Positions 24,918 through 34,472 of a DNA stretch of 64,000 nt are shown here, one piece after another. Below the pieces are notes generated by a model that had not been told where the DNA came from, searched no databases, and saw nothing but the letters and a program-made list of their open reading frames with translations. The stretch is taken from assembly GCA_963823665.1 (NCBI GenBank), contig CAWGMQ010000011.1, forward strand, positions 672,001-736,000. The letters run 5' to 3'. A program made the position numbers and the translations under genes. Source of the stretch: an uncultured Planctomycetota bacterium (GTDB lineage Bacteria > Planctomycetota > Planctomycetia > Isosphaerales > Isosphaeraceae). Each line of letters starts with the position of its first letter. Within the stretch, counting starts at the first letter, position 1.

Positions 24918-26288
24918 ATGGTGCACAGGATTCTCGCGGCCTCCATCGTGATCGCAACGAGTCCCTGCTTCACCCCGGCCAGGTCGGCGGACGAGCCGAC
25001 GGCAAAGCTACGCTATTCTCTCAAGCCCGGTCGGGAATTCTCCTACCACACTGAAGCAGCCTCGAAGAAAGGTGGAGGGAGAAAGTACATCGTCGATTGG
25101 AAGATCTGGTCCATCGCCCGCGAGCCGGACGGCTCCTGGCGTCTTGTCATCCGGTGTGATCTGTCCACGGAGGATGCATCCGGCCCCAAATCGACCGAAA
25201 AGGAATCAAAGGACACCCTCGTCTGGCATTGCCGGATGCTTGACGACGGGCGGCTCATCGGTGCGACCACGATGGGCACCGTCCGTGACCCCTTCCGTCT
25301 CTTCCCACGGCTCCCCGACGGGCCGAAAGACCTGGAATCCGGATGGGATTCTGCCGGACCGGAGGAGCAGAGTGTAGCCCTCCACCACCGACTGACGCCC
25401 GGAACCAAGGCGAGAAGCGATCTTGTGTCGATCTCGACGTCGGCCGAGGGGCCCGAAGACAAAGTGTACCTCTCGAGTCACTTAATCCGGGCCACTTTCG
25501 ACAAGAGACGAGGTGCAGTAACGCGAGTCGAGACCGAGGATAACAGCGAGCATCTCAGCCCGGGTGCCCTGACGAGGGGCGTCACCGAACTCGTCGCGAT
25601 CAAGGACAGGGGCGACGAATGGGCGGCGACGTTCGGCAAAGAGGCGGGCCGCTACTTTGCTGCCGTCGATGCCTACGACGAGGCGAACAGGAGCGCCATT
25701 CGCGACGCGGCACGATGCAAGAAGATCCTGGCCGACTCGAAGGCGGCACTCGAGGATGCCCGCAACGCGTTGACGACGCCTGTTCTCCGTGAGGCAGCTA
25801 GCCGTAAGCTCGACTCACACGACCGCTCGGCGGCTTACGTATCCGAGGAAACGAGTGCGCGAGCGGAGCGAATCGGCAAGGTGGCGACGGCGTGGGAGGC
25901 TAAGGATATCGACGGCAAGCCCACGAAACTGAGCGACTACCGGGGCAAGGTCGTCGTGATGGACTTCTGGTATCGCAACTGCGGCTGGTGCATTCACGCC
26001 ATGCCCCAGGTCGCCCGACTCTCGGAAGAGTTCCGAAATCAGCCGGTCGCCGTGCTCGGCATGTGCACCGACGAGAAGGAAGCCGACGCCCGGGCGGTGA
26101 TCGATGCGATGGGACTGAAATACCCCACGATCAAGGCAGCAGGCATCCCGGAAAAGTACGGGGTCCAAGGATTCCCGACTCTAATCGTGGTGGATCGGCG
26201 TGGCCTGATCCGCGAGATTCACGTTGGTTATTCTCCCCGCCTCTGCGAGGAACTGTCCGGGGTGATCCGAAAGCTTCTCGCCGAGTAA
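24918..26288 (+). CDS. Secreted TlpA/redoxin-domain protein
   Basis: AGGAGG RBS, signal peptide, C-terminal LSDYRGKVVVMDFWYRNCGWC and YGVQGFPT. Confidence 0.87.
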   Translation: MVHRILAASIVIATSPCFTPARSADEPTAKLRYSLKPGREFSYHTEAASKKGGGRKYIVDWKIWSIAREPDGSWRLVIRCDLSTEDASGPKSTEKESKDTLVWHCRMLDDGRLIGATTMGTVRDPFRLFPRLPDGPKDLESGWDSAGPEEQSVALHHRLTPGTKARSDLVSISTSAEGPEDKVYLSSHLIRATFDKRRGAVTRVETEDNSEHLSPGALTRGVTELVAIKDRGDEWAATFGKEAGRYFAAVDAYDEANRSAIRDAARCKKILADSKAALEDARNALTTPVLREAASRKLDSHDRSAAYVSEETSARAERIGKVATAWEAKDIDGKPTKLSDYRGKVVVMDFWYRNCGWCIHAMPQVARLSEEFRNQPVAVLGMCTDEKEADARAVIDAMGLKYPTIKAAGIPEKYGVQGFPTLIVVDRRGLIREIHVGYSPRLCEELSGVIRKLLAE

Positions 26289-26404
26289 CCGCCAGTTGGA
26301 GACGGCGCGCGAATGGGCCGCTGCGCGCCGTGAGAGAGCGGCAGAGTCGTAACGGTCTTGCGAACACCACTGTGACAAATCGCGGGCGAGCCCCGGGGTT
26401 TCCA

Positions 26405-26426
26405 GGTTTCCAGACACCCATCCTTC
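26405..26426 (+). repeat. Solo left end of the MITE-like element (copy C)
   Basis: TTTCCAGACACCCATCCTT. Confidence 0.65.
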
Positions 26427-26464
26427 AGGCAATGGCGCTTTCTCCGTCAGCCAATCACAAAGCG

Positions 26465-26836
26465 TCACACGATCGGTTTCAGGACCATCCGGCCGTACGC
26501 GATGAACGCCATGAGGAGGCCCAACACGGCGCTCAAGATGATGGGCGTGATCTCGCGGTACTTGACGTGCACCCCGATGAACACGAGGCTCTCGATCGCC
26601 AGGACCGTGGCGGCCACCACCGTGAGCGCCGGCCGCCAGCGCAAGGCGCCGGGCACGATCAGCCCGACGATACAGACGAGGCCGAGGATGCCGAGCGCCA
26701 TCCAGGCTTGCCGCGGCAACGCGCCAAATGACGGCACTCCCTCGCTGGCCTTGTCGAACATGAAGACCTTCATGACGCCCGACGCTCCGTACAGTAGCGC
26801 GGCGAGGACCTGTAGGACCCACAACAGGATGTTCAT
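26465..26836 (-). CDS. DoxX-like membrane protein
   Basis: MNILLWVLQVLAALLYGASGVMK, four TM helices, AFIAYGR end; GGAGG RBS. Confidence 0.82.
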   Translation of the reverse strand: MNILLWVLQVLAALLYGASGVMKVFMFDKASEGVPSFGALPRQAWMALGILGLVCIVGLIVPGALRWRPALTVVAATVLAIESLVFIGVHVKYREITPIILSAVLGLLMAFIAYGRMVLKPIV

Positions 26837-27210
26837 CGTGTGCCTCCGCCCGGTTTCCACATCTGATCGGCTACGTTTCATGGCCATGATGACACGTTGA
26901 AGCTCGAACTGACTAGGTCAGCATGCAGAGCAATTCCTCAATCTCTTGGTTACGGGCGTTGGCGAACGATCTTCCTTCGCTGATCCTCTCGAAGCCGCAG
27001 TTTTCGGGGAGGGAAACAAGGACGCGATTAGTTTATCTATGAATCTGACCCCGGATGGAATCCGCGTGATTAGCTTGTCAAGCCAATTCGTACCCCCGGC
27101 ACAGGCGTGGCGCTTCTCGCAATTTGCCAAAACGCCGACGGTCTAACTGAACCGATCGTTCCCACCCGCTCGTTTATGGTTTACTTGCTGCACCTGCAAC
27201 AAACGACGAG

Positions 27211-27483
27211 TTACGACGATAGCGCGAATCTGATGATGATTGTTTCGCGCGACTCGTGAATTTGGTAGAAAACCCGCAGGATATCCCAGTCCAGGTAACG
27301 AACAGGCGGACTGACTCCGTTTGTGATTGAAGCGCCTGCATGAGGATCTTGCTCGAGGATCGCTTCCACATCGAAAGCAGCATCCGTGTTCCGCTGCCGA
27401 TCACCTTGCGCCGCATCAATCCACAATCGTGCCAAGGCGTTCTCGGCGTTGCCTTCGCCATCGAACTCGACGCGCATGCTCAT
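27211..27483 (-). CDS. RelE/ParE-like toxin (putative)
   Basis: 90 aa, AENALARLW...ILEQDPHAG...RYL...LRVFYQI pattern; directly downstream of a small partner gene. Confidence 0.55.
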   Translation of the reverse strand: MSMRVEFDGEGNAENALARLWIDAAQGDRQRNTDAAFDVEAILEQDPHAGASITNGVSPPVRYLDWDILRVFYQIHESRETIIIRFALSS

Positions 27484-27490
27484 TCGCCTA

Positions 27491-27817
27491 TCACCGGATG
27501 AACGTCTTCACCGCATCAACGTCGCCCGCTCTCATTCGATCGAGAAGCTCGCGCGTGCTGCGTGTTGCCGACGGGTCCATCCGTCTCGCGAGTTCGTTCA
27601 CCAAGGCGATTTCCTGATCCGAGGGGGGCACCACTTTTCGCAGGTACCCAACAACGGTTCCGTCATCGGGACGCCGGACAGGAATTGGCCCCGACGACTG
27701 CTCGCCGGCAAGTTTGTCGGTCGCCAGGCGCCAGAGCAAGTACTCGCGCTTCTCGGCCGACATCTTCTCAAGCAGACTGTCCGTTTCTTTTTGGAGCGAG
27801 CTAGTCGTATCCGGCAT
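27491..27817 (-). CDS. Putative antitoxin
   Basis: 108 aa, 7 bp upstream of RelE/ParE-like gene on the same strand. Confidence 0.5.
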   Translation of the reverse strand: MPDTTSSLQKETDSLLEKMSAEKREYLLWRLATDKLAGEQSSGPIPVRRPDDGTVVGYLRKVVPPSDQEIALVNELARRMDPSATRSTRELLDRMRAGDVDAVKTFIR

Positions 27818-28071
27818 GTCATGTCTCCTGACTCAATCCCCCTCGGACGGCTTCCCATCACCACCGCCCGCGGCGACGTGCCCGATCGAAGAGTCCTTCT
27901 GAAATTGTAAGCAAACGACGAGGCGGACGCAGACTCAGAGGCGTCGGCAATCAACGTGAGGTCGAGCTCGGGGGACACCAACTCGTAGGCAAGGACATTA
28001 CGACGCCGATGTACGGCTGCGAAGGCCTCCGGCGACTTTCCGTCTAACCGTGTCGGGCTATGAGCCGTCAA

Positions 28072-28446
28072 TCACCACGGTTCGCCATTGCCGAATGACC
28101 AGTCCTCGCGGTCGACGAAGACCAGGCTGATGAAGACGTCCTCACGGCGCACGCCGAGCCGGCGGTTCAGTTCGTCGGCCATCTGCCGGAAGAAGGCACG
28201 CTTCTGCTCCTCGGTGTTTCCGACGGTGCTGGTCACCTGGATGTAGATGAGGTCAGGCGTTCGCTTGATGTCGAGAAAGTTCGGATCGAACACGAAATTC
28301 TCAGGTTTATGCTCGCCGATGATCATGAAGCGGTCGCCATCCGGCGCCTTCAGGATCCCGACAATCCCCTCGTACACGACGTCGGCCACAGTGGCGCGAT
28401 ACTCGGGGGGTTTTCCTTGAGCCAGATCGATGCGTGCAAACGGCAT
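28072..28446 (-). CDS. Tautomerase family protein
   Basis: N-terminal (M)PFARID, DRFMII, DWSFGNG; AGGAG RBS. Confidence 0.88.
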   Translation of the reverse strand: MPFARIDLAQGKPPEYRATVADVVYEGIVGILKAPDGDRFMIIGEHKPENFVFDPNFLDIKRTPDLIYIQVTSTVGNTEEQKRAFFRQMADELNRRLGVRREDVFISLVFVDREDWSFGNGEPW

Positions 28447-28456
28447 AACAATCTCC

Positions 28457-29182
28457 TTAGCTCGCCGTCATCCCATTGACGAAGCTCTTCACGAGCCTCG
28501 CCGCAATGGCCGGCGCGGTTTGAAGGAGCAGGTGCGGGCTTTCCACGTCTGCGACTTGTATATCAGGCCTTGACCGCAAAATCTCCTGTGACACCCGTGC
28601 TGGAACCAGGCGATCGCGGGTCGCGCGCTAGTAGAGCACGGGCACTCGAACGTCGGCGAGCCGCGCCGTCACGTCGACGTCAATGATCGAAGTCAAGCGA
28701 GCTCGAAACGCGTCGGCGGCGATTTGAGCGAGAACTTGAGCGATGGCGTTCTCGAGCCGCGGCGTCGAAAACCGCCCCAGCAGGAACCAGCAGGGAAGAG
28801 CGGCGGGGATGCGCGTCGGCACGAACGGCACGAGCCGACGTAACCACGAGAGCGCCGGTCGCGGGTTCCGCGCAAACGAGCAGCACAAGACCAGGCCGAT
28901 GAGCTCAGGCGGAGCGGACGCGGCGATCGAAATGGCGATCGGGCCGGAGTACGATTCGCCGAGAAGAACGAACGGCCGACCGATCGGCAGCCTCGTGCGG
29001 GCGACCGCCTCGTGGCCGGCGTAGTCCATCGGTCTATCGTTGGGATAAGTCACCACGATCGCCTCGAGCTCCGGGTCCAAAGCGGCCACGAAATCTGTGA
29101 GCTCGAGGCCGGTGCCGTCCATTCCGGGTAGGATTACGATGGTGACCACGTGCTTGAACGGAGAGCTGTTAGCAAGGGGCAC
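28457..29182 (-). pseudogene. Alpha/beta hydrolase with in-frame TAG at 28628-28630
   Basis: LPGMDGTG, GESYSG; the frame continues after TAG with RATRDRLVP and SPHLLLQ to TAA 28457. Confidence 0.82.
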
Positions 29183-29214
29183 AGCGATATCGCTCGATCG
29201 CGTTAGATGCCGTC

Positions 29215-29412
29215 TCAGCCTTTGATCAACTTGCCAAGGACATAGCCAGCGATCGCCCCGACGATGAGCCCACCGAGTATGTAGCCGACACCCTCTTGCA
29301 TTTGGGCAGTGACCGAGAAGTCATACTTTCGGGCTGCCATGAACCCGTTAAAAACGGCGCCGATCAGCGCCCCTATGCCAGCAAAAGCCTGCGCTTTGTT
29401 CTTCATGATCAC
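29215..29412 (-). CDS. Small two-TM Gly-rich membrane protein
   Basis: 65 aa, two hydrophobic glycine-zipper-like helices. Confidence 0.6.
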   Translation of the reverse strand: MIMKNKAQAFAGIGALIGAVFNGFMAARKYDFSVTAQMQEGVGYILGGLIVGAIAGYVLGKLIKG

Positions 29413-29568
29413 CCCGTCGCCGAAGGGTCACACTAGCCTGACGACCCGCTTAGAATCAGCAGTAATCATACTCGAAGCTATGCTACCCACAAGAACTACG
29501 AGCAGGGCGGCGTTGAAAACAGAGAAGCCAGACACCCAATCTCCGGTTCCGAGGAGGAGCCAGGAAAT

Positions 29569-29713
29569 CCAGACACCCATCCTTTGTCTCACGGCCCCCG
29601 CACCCATTCATTCGCGGCACGCAAGTTCGGCGCAAAACCACGGCCTCTGGTCATTTCGAACACGCAGAAGGCCAGTGCCCAACGCTCGGCAAACGGTGGG
29701 TGTCTGACATCTC
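29569..29713 (+). mobile_element. MITE/REPIN-like element copy D (complete), with extra solo left end at 29528
   Basis: CCAGACACCCATCC ... GGTGGGTGTCTGACATCTC. Confidence 0.85.
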
Positions 29714-30097
29714 CGAATCCGCAATTGCCCCCCGAACGCCGGCTGAGCTGGTTGGTCGAACTCTGGGACGTTCAGTCGAGCGGGGCTCTCGTCTCGCCGC
29801 CAAACTCGAATTGACATTGTGCAAGGCGCCGCGGCGCGATCGCGGTAATCGTCAGCCGCCATGCAACCTTCAAGGTTTATGTTGTAAACCCTACAAAATA
29901 AAGGGTTCTGAACCTTTTGATGCCAAGCCATGTATAGTTTCTTTAGACCGCCTGAAGCACCGATGCGATTGGTGCGGGTGGGCGGCGTTCCAGCGCGATG
30001 CGCGGTAGACGTCCCCGGATACGGTCCTTGGGGCGGTGTCACGGTGACGAATCGGGAATGAGCCGAGCGCGGCCATACCCAAGCTCTCCGCGCGGTC

Positions 30098-30685
30098 TTG
30101 AGAGGATACCAAGTGTTGCTCCGCGGGGCTCTTTTCTGTTCGATGGTCGTTGGCGTCATCGCAGCGACGCCGGCCAGAGCCGATTGGCTCAATTTCAACC
30201 CGTTTTACGACCTGAAGGTCGTCGCCGATGATGTCCTGGAAGGGCTAATCGATTTGGGCGGCCCCCATGCGCTGCCGCCCAACTTTAACAACGTGAACGA
30301 TTCGTCGTATATTCCCGACGTCGTAACGCCGTATATCGCGGCCGACGGCAGCGTGTGGGCGGGCTCCAATCCGCAGGGGAGCCAATTCATCGGTCTCGCC
30401 ACGGTTATTCATGCCCAGAATGGAATGGCCTGGTGGGCCTGGGGCTCACTGCGGCACCGAGCGCCGCAATTTGATTTGTCTGGGTATCTGCCGATAAAGA
30501 CGCAGATCATCGGCAATCTCCACGTGACCTTCGTGCGGACCGCGTCGGGGCAGTGGTGGGCCACGTGGAAAAACCCGTTCAACGGCTTCGTCGAGTACAC
30601 GCGTTTTCAGACTGTCTCGGTCACCTTCACGCACATCGTTCTGCGGGAGGTGGTGAACGGACAGTTTTTCACACTGCCCAATTAA
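30098..30685 (+). CDS. Secreted hypothetical protein (Trp-rich)
   Basis: Signal peptide ending TPARA; coding-like codon usage. Confidence 0.65.
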   Translation: MRGYQVLLRGALFCSMVVGVIAATPARADWLNFNPFYDLKVVADDVLEGLIDLGGPHALPPNFNNVNDSSYIPDVVTPYIAADGSVWAGSNPQGSQFIGLATVIHAQNGMAWWAWGSLRHRAPQFDLSGYLPIKTQIIGNLHVTFVRTASGQWWATWKNPFNGFVEYTRFQTVSVTFTHIVLREVVNGQFFTLPN

Positions 30686-30927
30686 GGCGTGACCCGACGG
30701 TGGACGCAGGACATTGCAAGGAATTCGACCTTTGAATGATCCTGCGTCTCCGCATCTCGTCGCCAAACGGAGGACGCCGGGAAAAACCCCGACCTCGTCA
30801 GATCGCCCTGGAAAACGTTTCTAGCGGCGAGATAGGGCAAAGTATGCAAGGACGCCAACGCTTCTGTAATGACCGTTTCCTGGGCAAATGACAATCGTGG
30901 TGTTTTTTACCTGTCCGGGACGGAAGA

Positions 30928-31029
30928 TCAGATGGCCTTTCGTCCTGTCAAACGAATCTGAATCTTCCTTGCCTCCACCTCGGCATCTTCCTCCCTGCGG
31001 ATGAAATACATTTCGGTCGTGTCGGGATC
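30928..31029 (-). pseudogene. C-terminal remnant of a tyrosine recombinase (putative)
   Basis: DPDTTEMYFIRREEDAEVEARKIQIR matches the (GH)xxxxTTxxY catalytic-Tyr tail; cut off at the element's left end. Confidence 0.5.
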
Positions 31030-31907
31030 TCAGACATTGCGCCAGGAAGCTCGGATTAGGAGGATCATCTCAAATGTGAAACTTTTTAGTGGAACCCTGC
31101 GGGTAACCAATCCCGCCCGGCAGAGCCGGGCCAGCAGCCGGAAGTGAGTCTTGCGTGGGGAGAGGCGACTCTCACTGCGAAGCGTAGACAGCGAGATCAA
31201 ACGCTGTGAGATTGAGCCTCGAAATTTCCCTCTTTGTTCTGAGCCCTCGTCCTTGTCTGACGCGGGGGCCGAGCCGGGCATTAGCGACACCTGGACCCAC
31301 TAGCGTGCCTGGTCAGACCGGGGTCGGAGAACATGGCGAATGATCAGTAGGGTTCCCCGGGAACTTGGGAGACCTTGTCGTCTCCATCGTGACGGCCGGC
31401 TGGAGCTCCGGCTTACCAACTCCAGGTTGATCCACAGCTCCATCCCGAGCTGGTGGGGACGAACGATGGTATCGCCAAGCGAAGGAAACGAAGCGCGGCG
31501 AAATGGACGGCAAGGAGTCGGAGTGCCCCATAGTAGTGTTGAAGCGGGGGAACGGCCCTCCGGACCCTGTGGAGCGAAGGGGGCACCGCGTTGTGGATGG
31601 GAAGTTGGAACCACGCTGAGGACACCGTGCCTCACCAGCGTGTCACCGCGAAACGACCTGGTCGTGTGAGGGACAGTGATTCCCCAACGTGACGAGCCGG
31701 ATGCCTCTTCGACGGGCAAGTCCGGATCTGTGGGGGGCCTGGGTGGAAGACCACCCAGGTCTACCCGGCCCCATCCTTTTGTCACGGTCCCCCGGATCCA
31801 TTCATTCGCGGCTCGCACGTTCCGCGCAAATCCACCGCCTCTGGTCAAATCGAATACGCACAAGGCGAGTGCCCGACGCTCGGCAAACGGTGGGTCTCTG
31901 ACATCTC
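31024..31907 (+). mobile_element. MITE/REPIN-like element copy E, interrupted by the group II intron
   Basis: GGGATCTCAGACA|intron|CCCATCCTTTTGTCACGGTCC...GGTGGGTCTCTGACATCTCC. Confidence 0.85.
31037..31769 (+). mobile_element. ORF-less group II intron (733 nt)
   Basis: 5' TTGCG; domain V GAGCCGGATGCC-TCTTCGACG-GGCAAGTCCGGATC (31694-31728, AGC triad); domain VI CCTGGGTGG-AAGA-CCACCCAGG with bulged A 31763; short domain IV without RT; excision restores the repeat's left end. Confidence 0.92.
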
Positions 31908-31993
31908 CTCGCTTGTTGCGACGAACTGAACCACCGCACGGCCCACTGCGTCAAGAAAGGGTGACGATAGTTCCAGCATAAATGGGAAGTACG

Positions 31994-32418
31994 ATGAGCT
32001 TCTTGAGCCGAGATCTCGGAGCTGAAGACGACCACGGTGGTCACGAGCCGCCTTCGATGCCGTGGGACCGACGCCCTTCCATCCTTGAGTTTGTGCCCAG
32101 GCTGCGAAGGCGCTTGGCATCAATACCTGGGATTTTCATTGGCGACGATTACAAGAGAAGCCTGCCGATATGGGCCGGTGGTATTACGTCATGGTCCTTT
32201 GTGATGATGTTCGCATCGGAAAGGTCATCGAATTTGCTGAAGCGAAGCTCGATCTGGCGGGAATTGCAACGGGCGCTGCCGATGAATTAGGGCTGGGCCG
32301 TGGCTTCGAGCAGCATTCCTGTCTGGATTACATCCTCTACGGGGGGATGATAGTAGCAGCGGAGTTTGCATTAGGCATCGATCTTCGGGGATCGGTTCCT
32401 GGTGAACCGGGAACCTGA
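31994..32418 (+). pseudogene. Fragmented hypothetical protein
   Basis: Two protein-like segments in different frames (PWDRRPSILEFV; ALGINTWDFHW...ATGAADELGLG...LDYIL). Confidence 0.4.
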
Positions 32419-32460
32419 AGCGAGCAGGCTCACCTGCCGCTTCGCTTCGATCACTCTTGG

Positions 32461-32679
32461 TCAGCTACAAGCAGCCTGGCGATTGATTGTCTGATCGATC
32501 CCGGACTCGAAAGTGTCACAAACCAGACCGGCTACCAGCCAACTTAGCGGGACGTGCCGCTGCTGAGCAACTCGACGAAGGTGGCAAAGAAGATCGTCGG
32601 ACAAGACCACGGTGATTTTGGGCTTCGCTTCCAAGACATTCGCTCCCGGATCATGGTTGTTGATGAACGGAGGCATCAT
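32461..32679 (-). CDS. Small ribbon-helix-helix (CopG-like) protein
   Basis: KITVVLSDDLLCHLRRVAQQRHVPLSWLV beta-helix-helix pattern; GAGG RBS. Confidence 0.55.
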   Translation of the reverse strand: MMPPFINNHDPGANVLEAKPKITVVLSDDLLCHLRRVAQQRHVPLSWLVAGLVCDTFESGIDQTINRQAACS

Positions 32680-32757
32680 GCCTCCTCGAGCCCCTCCTTC
32701 TACGATTAGAATAGTTCACAATTCCTGTGGCTGACAAATCCAGGCGGTGAACACCGC

Positions 32758-32958
32758 TTGGGATCTAGGAAAGCATTCTGGATCGGCTTCGCCCTGTTCG
32801 GCTGGATGTCTCTGGCGCTGGCGCTGATCCCGTCTGTCAGGATTGGGCACTCGCTGATTGCTTTGCTGTTCGGTTGGCTTGGTGGACAACTCTCTCGCCG
32901 TTTTTGCCGAGCTTCCAGAATGAATGAGTCATCGAGGGATTCCAGACACCCATCCTAG
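32758..32958 (+). pseudogene. Fragment of planctomycete membrane protein
   Basis: RKAFWIGFALFGW and IGHSLIALLFGWLGG; no good start; stop lies inside repeat copy F. Confidence 0.45.
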
Positions 32959-32997
32959 TGTCCGACGCTCCGCAAACGGTGGGTGTCTGACATCCCC
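32936..32997 (+). mobile_element. MITE/REPIN-like element copy F (internally deleted, ends only)
   Basis: GGGATTCCAGACACCCATCC joined to AGTGTCCGACGCTCCGCAAACGGTGGGTGTCTGACATCCC. Confidence 0.8.
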
Positions 32998-33311
32998 CGT
33001 TGCAGTCCTCCTTGTGGTAAAATGCCTGAAGCTGAAGGCGATAAGAAAGGGAGGCGAGAAATGCTTGAAATCAAATCATTCGATGCCGTAATCGCGGGTG
33101 GCCGAATTCATAACGAAGAGAATCTGCGTCGTTGGGAAGGAGAAGAAGTCCGAGTCACCGTGCACTTTCGCGCCCGTGAAATTGCAGGCGCCGCTCGCTG
33201 CGTCTGTAAGGTATGACCGGAGCAATCGGGCTCATCGGTCAGATCCCAAGTTCGCCCATTTTTCGCGTGTTGCACGGGACACCCCTCCGCCGCACGTGAG
33301 TAATCCGAGCA

Positions 33312-34265
33312 ATGAGAAACATTTTTCGGGTTGGCGTTATCGGCCTGGCACTGGCGGGCACCGCGGCCTTTCAGACCGTCAGCCGAGACCCGGCCCCACA
33401 ACCGAGTCCACCGACCGACCGAACTTATCCGGAGCTGGAAACCCGGTTGGCCCCTCTGGCGAGAAAACTCGGGCCGCCGCGTCCGGGAGAGTGGTTGTAC
33501 GAACAAAAGGAACTGGGCCAGACGTTCGCTGAATACGTCAGGGCCCAACCCGTGCGCCGCAGCCGGCGTTGGAAACGGATCTATCTTTGCCTGGTCGGCG
33601 AATTCAGCGACGAGCAGCGGCGCGTTCTGAACCGCACGTGCGAGTATTTGGAGCTATTCTTCGATACACCGGTCGTGGTACACGCCCACGTGAAGCTCGC
33701 GGACATCCCCGCTGAAGCCCAGCGGAAGCATCCGGCGTGGGGCGATGCCCAGATCTTGACGACCTACGTGCTGCATGAGCTGCTGAAGCCAAATCGTCCT
33801 GAAGACGCCTTGGCCTACCTGGCATTCACCGCCAGCGATTTGTGGCCGGGCGAGAACTGGAATTATGTGTTCGGCCAGGCAAGCCTGCACGAGAGAACCG
33901 GCGTCTGGTCGATTTATCGCAACGGCGATCCGGCGGCCGGCGCCGCTGCGTTTCAACTTTGCCTGAAGCGGACGCTGGGCACCGCCTCGCACGAGACGGC
34001 ACACATCCTCACGATGCAGCACTGCACAGCATTCGAATGCAGCATGAACGGTAGCAACAACCAGGTGGAATCGGATGACAAGCCACTTCGCCTGTGCCCG
34101 ACTTGCCTGCGCAAGTTGTGCTGGAATCTTCAAGTCGAACCGACTGCATACCTGCAGAGGCTCGAGCGGTTTTGCCGCAAGGCTGGATTTCTTGAAGACG
34201 CCGAATGGTACGCGCGGGCGATCCAGATCTTGTTCACCCCTCACCGACGCCAACCTCCGTCGTGA
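33312..34265 (+). CDS. Archaemetzincin-like Zn metalloprotease (peptidase M54)
   Basis: HETAHILTMQHC, CSMNGSN, LCPTC, NYVFGQAS; signal-like N-terminus. Confidence 0.9.
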   Translation: MRNIFRVGVIGLALAGTAAFQTVSRDPAPQPSPPTDRTYPELETRLAPLARKLGPPRPGEWLYEQKELGQTFAEYVRAQPVRRSRRWKRIYLCLVGEFSDEQRRVLNRTCEYLELFFDTPVVVHAHVKLADIPAEAQRKHPAWGDAQILTTYVLHELLKPNRPEDALAYLAFTASDLWPGENWNYVFGQASLHERTGVWSIYRNGDPAAGAAAFQLCLKRTLGTASHETAHILTMQHCTAFECSMNGSNNQVESDDKPLRLCPTCLRKLCWNLQVEPTAYLQRLERFCRKAGFLEDAEWYARAIQILFTPHRRQPPS

Positions 34266-34472
34266 ATTCCTAATGCACCCTAAGACCAGCCCGGCCGACG
34301 AGGTCGAGCGCTACCGCAGCGCGGGCGATCATCGGTTTACATAAACTGCTATAGCGAGTATACACTGCTTCGATCTTGCAGAGTTTGTCGACGAGCTGCA
34401 TCTGCCACGGCCTATGGTGCGGCCTAATAAAGCCGTTACGTCGGCCGGACGGATAGTCGGGGGGGCCGGATC

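Noticed and set aside
28628..28630. Programmed TAG readthrough or recoding
   Set aside because: Single TTG-to-TAG style change explains it; TAG serves as a normal stop elsewhere in the window; no pyl genes
24004..33000. Repeats as integron attC sites
   Set aside because: No RYYYAAC/GTTRRRY cores, intervening genes are of mixed orientation and number, and no IntI is seen
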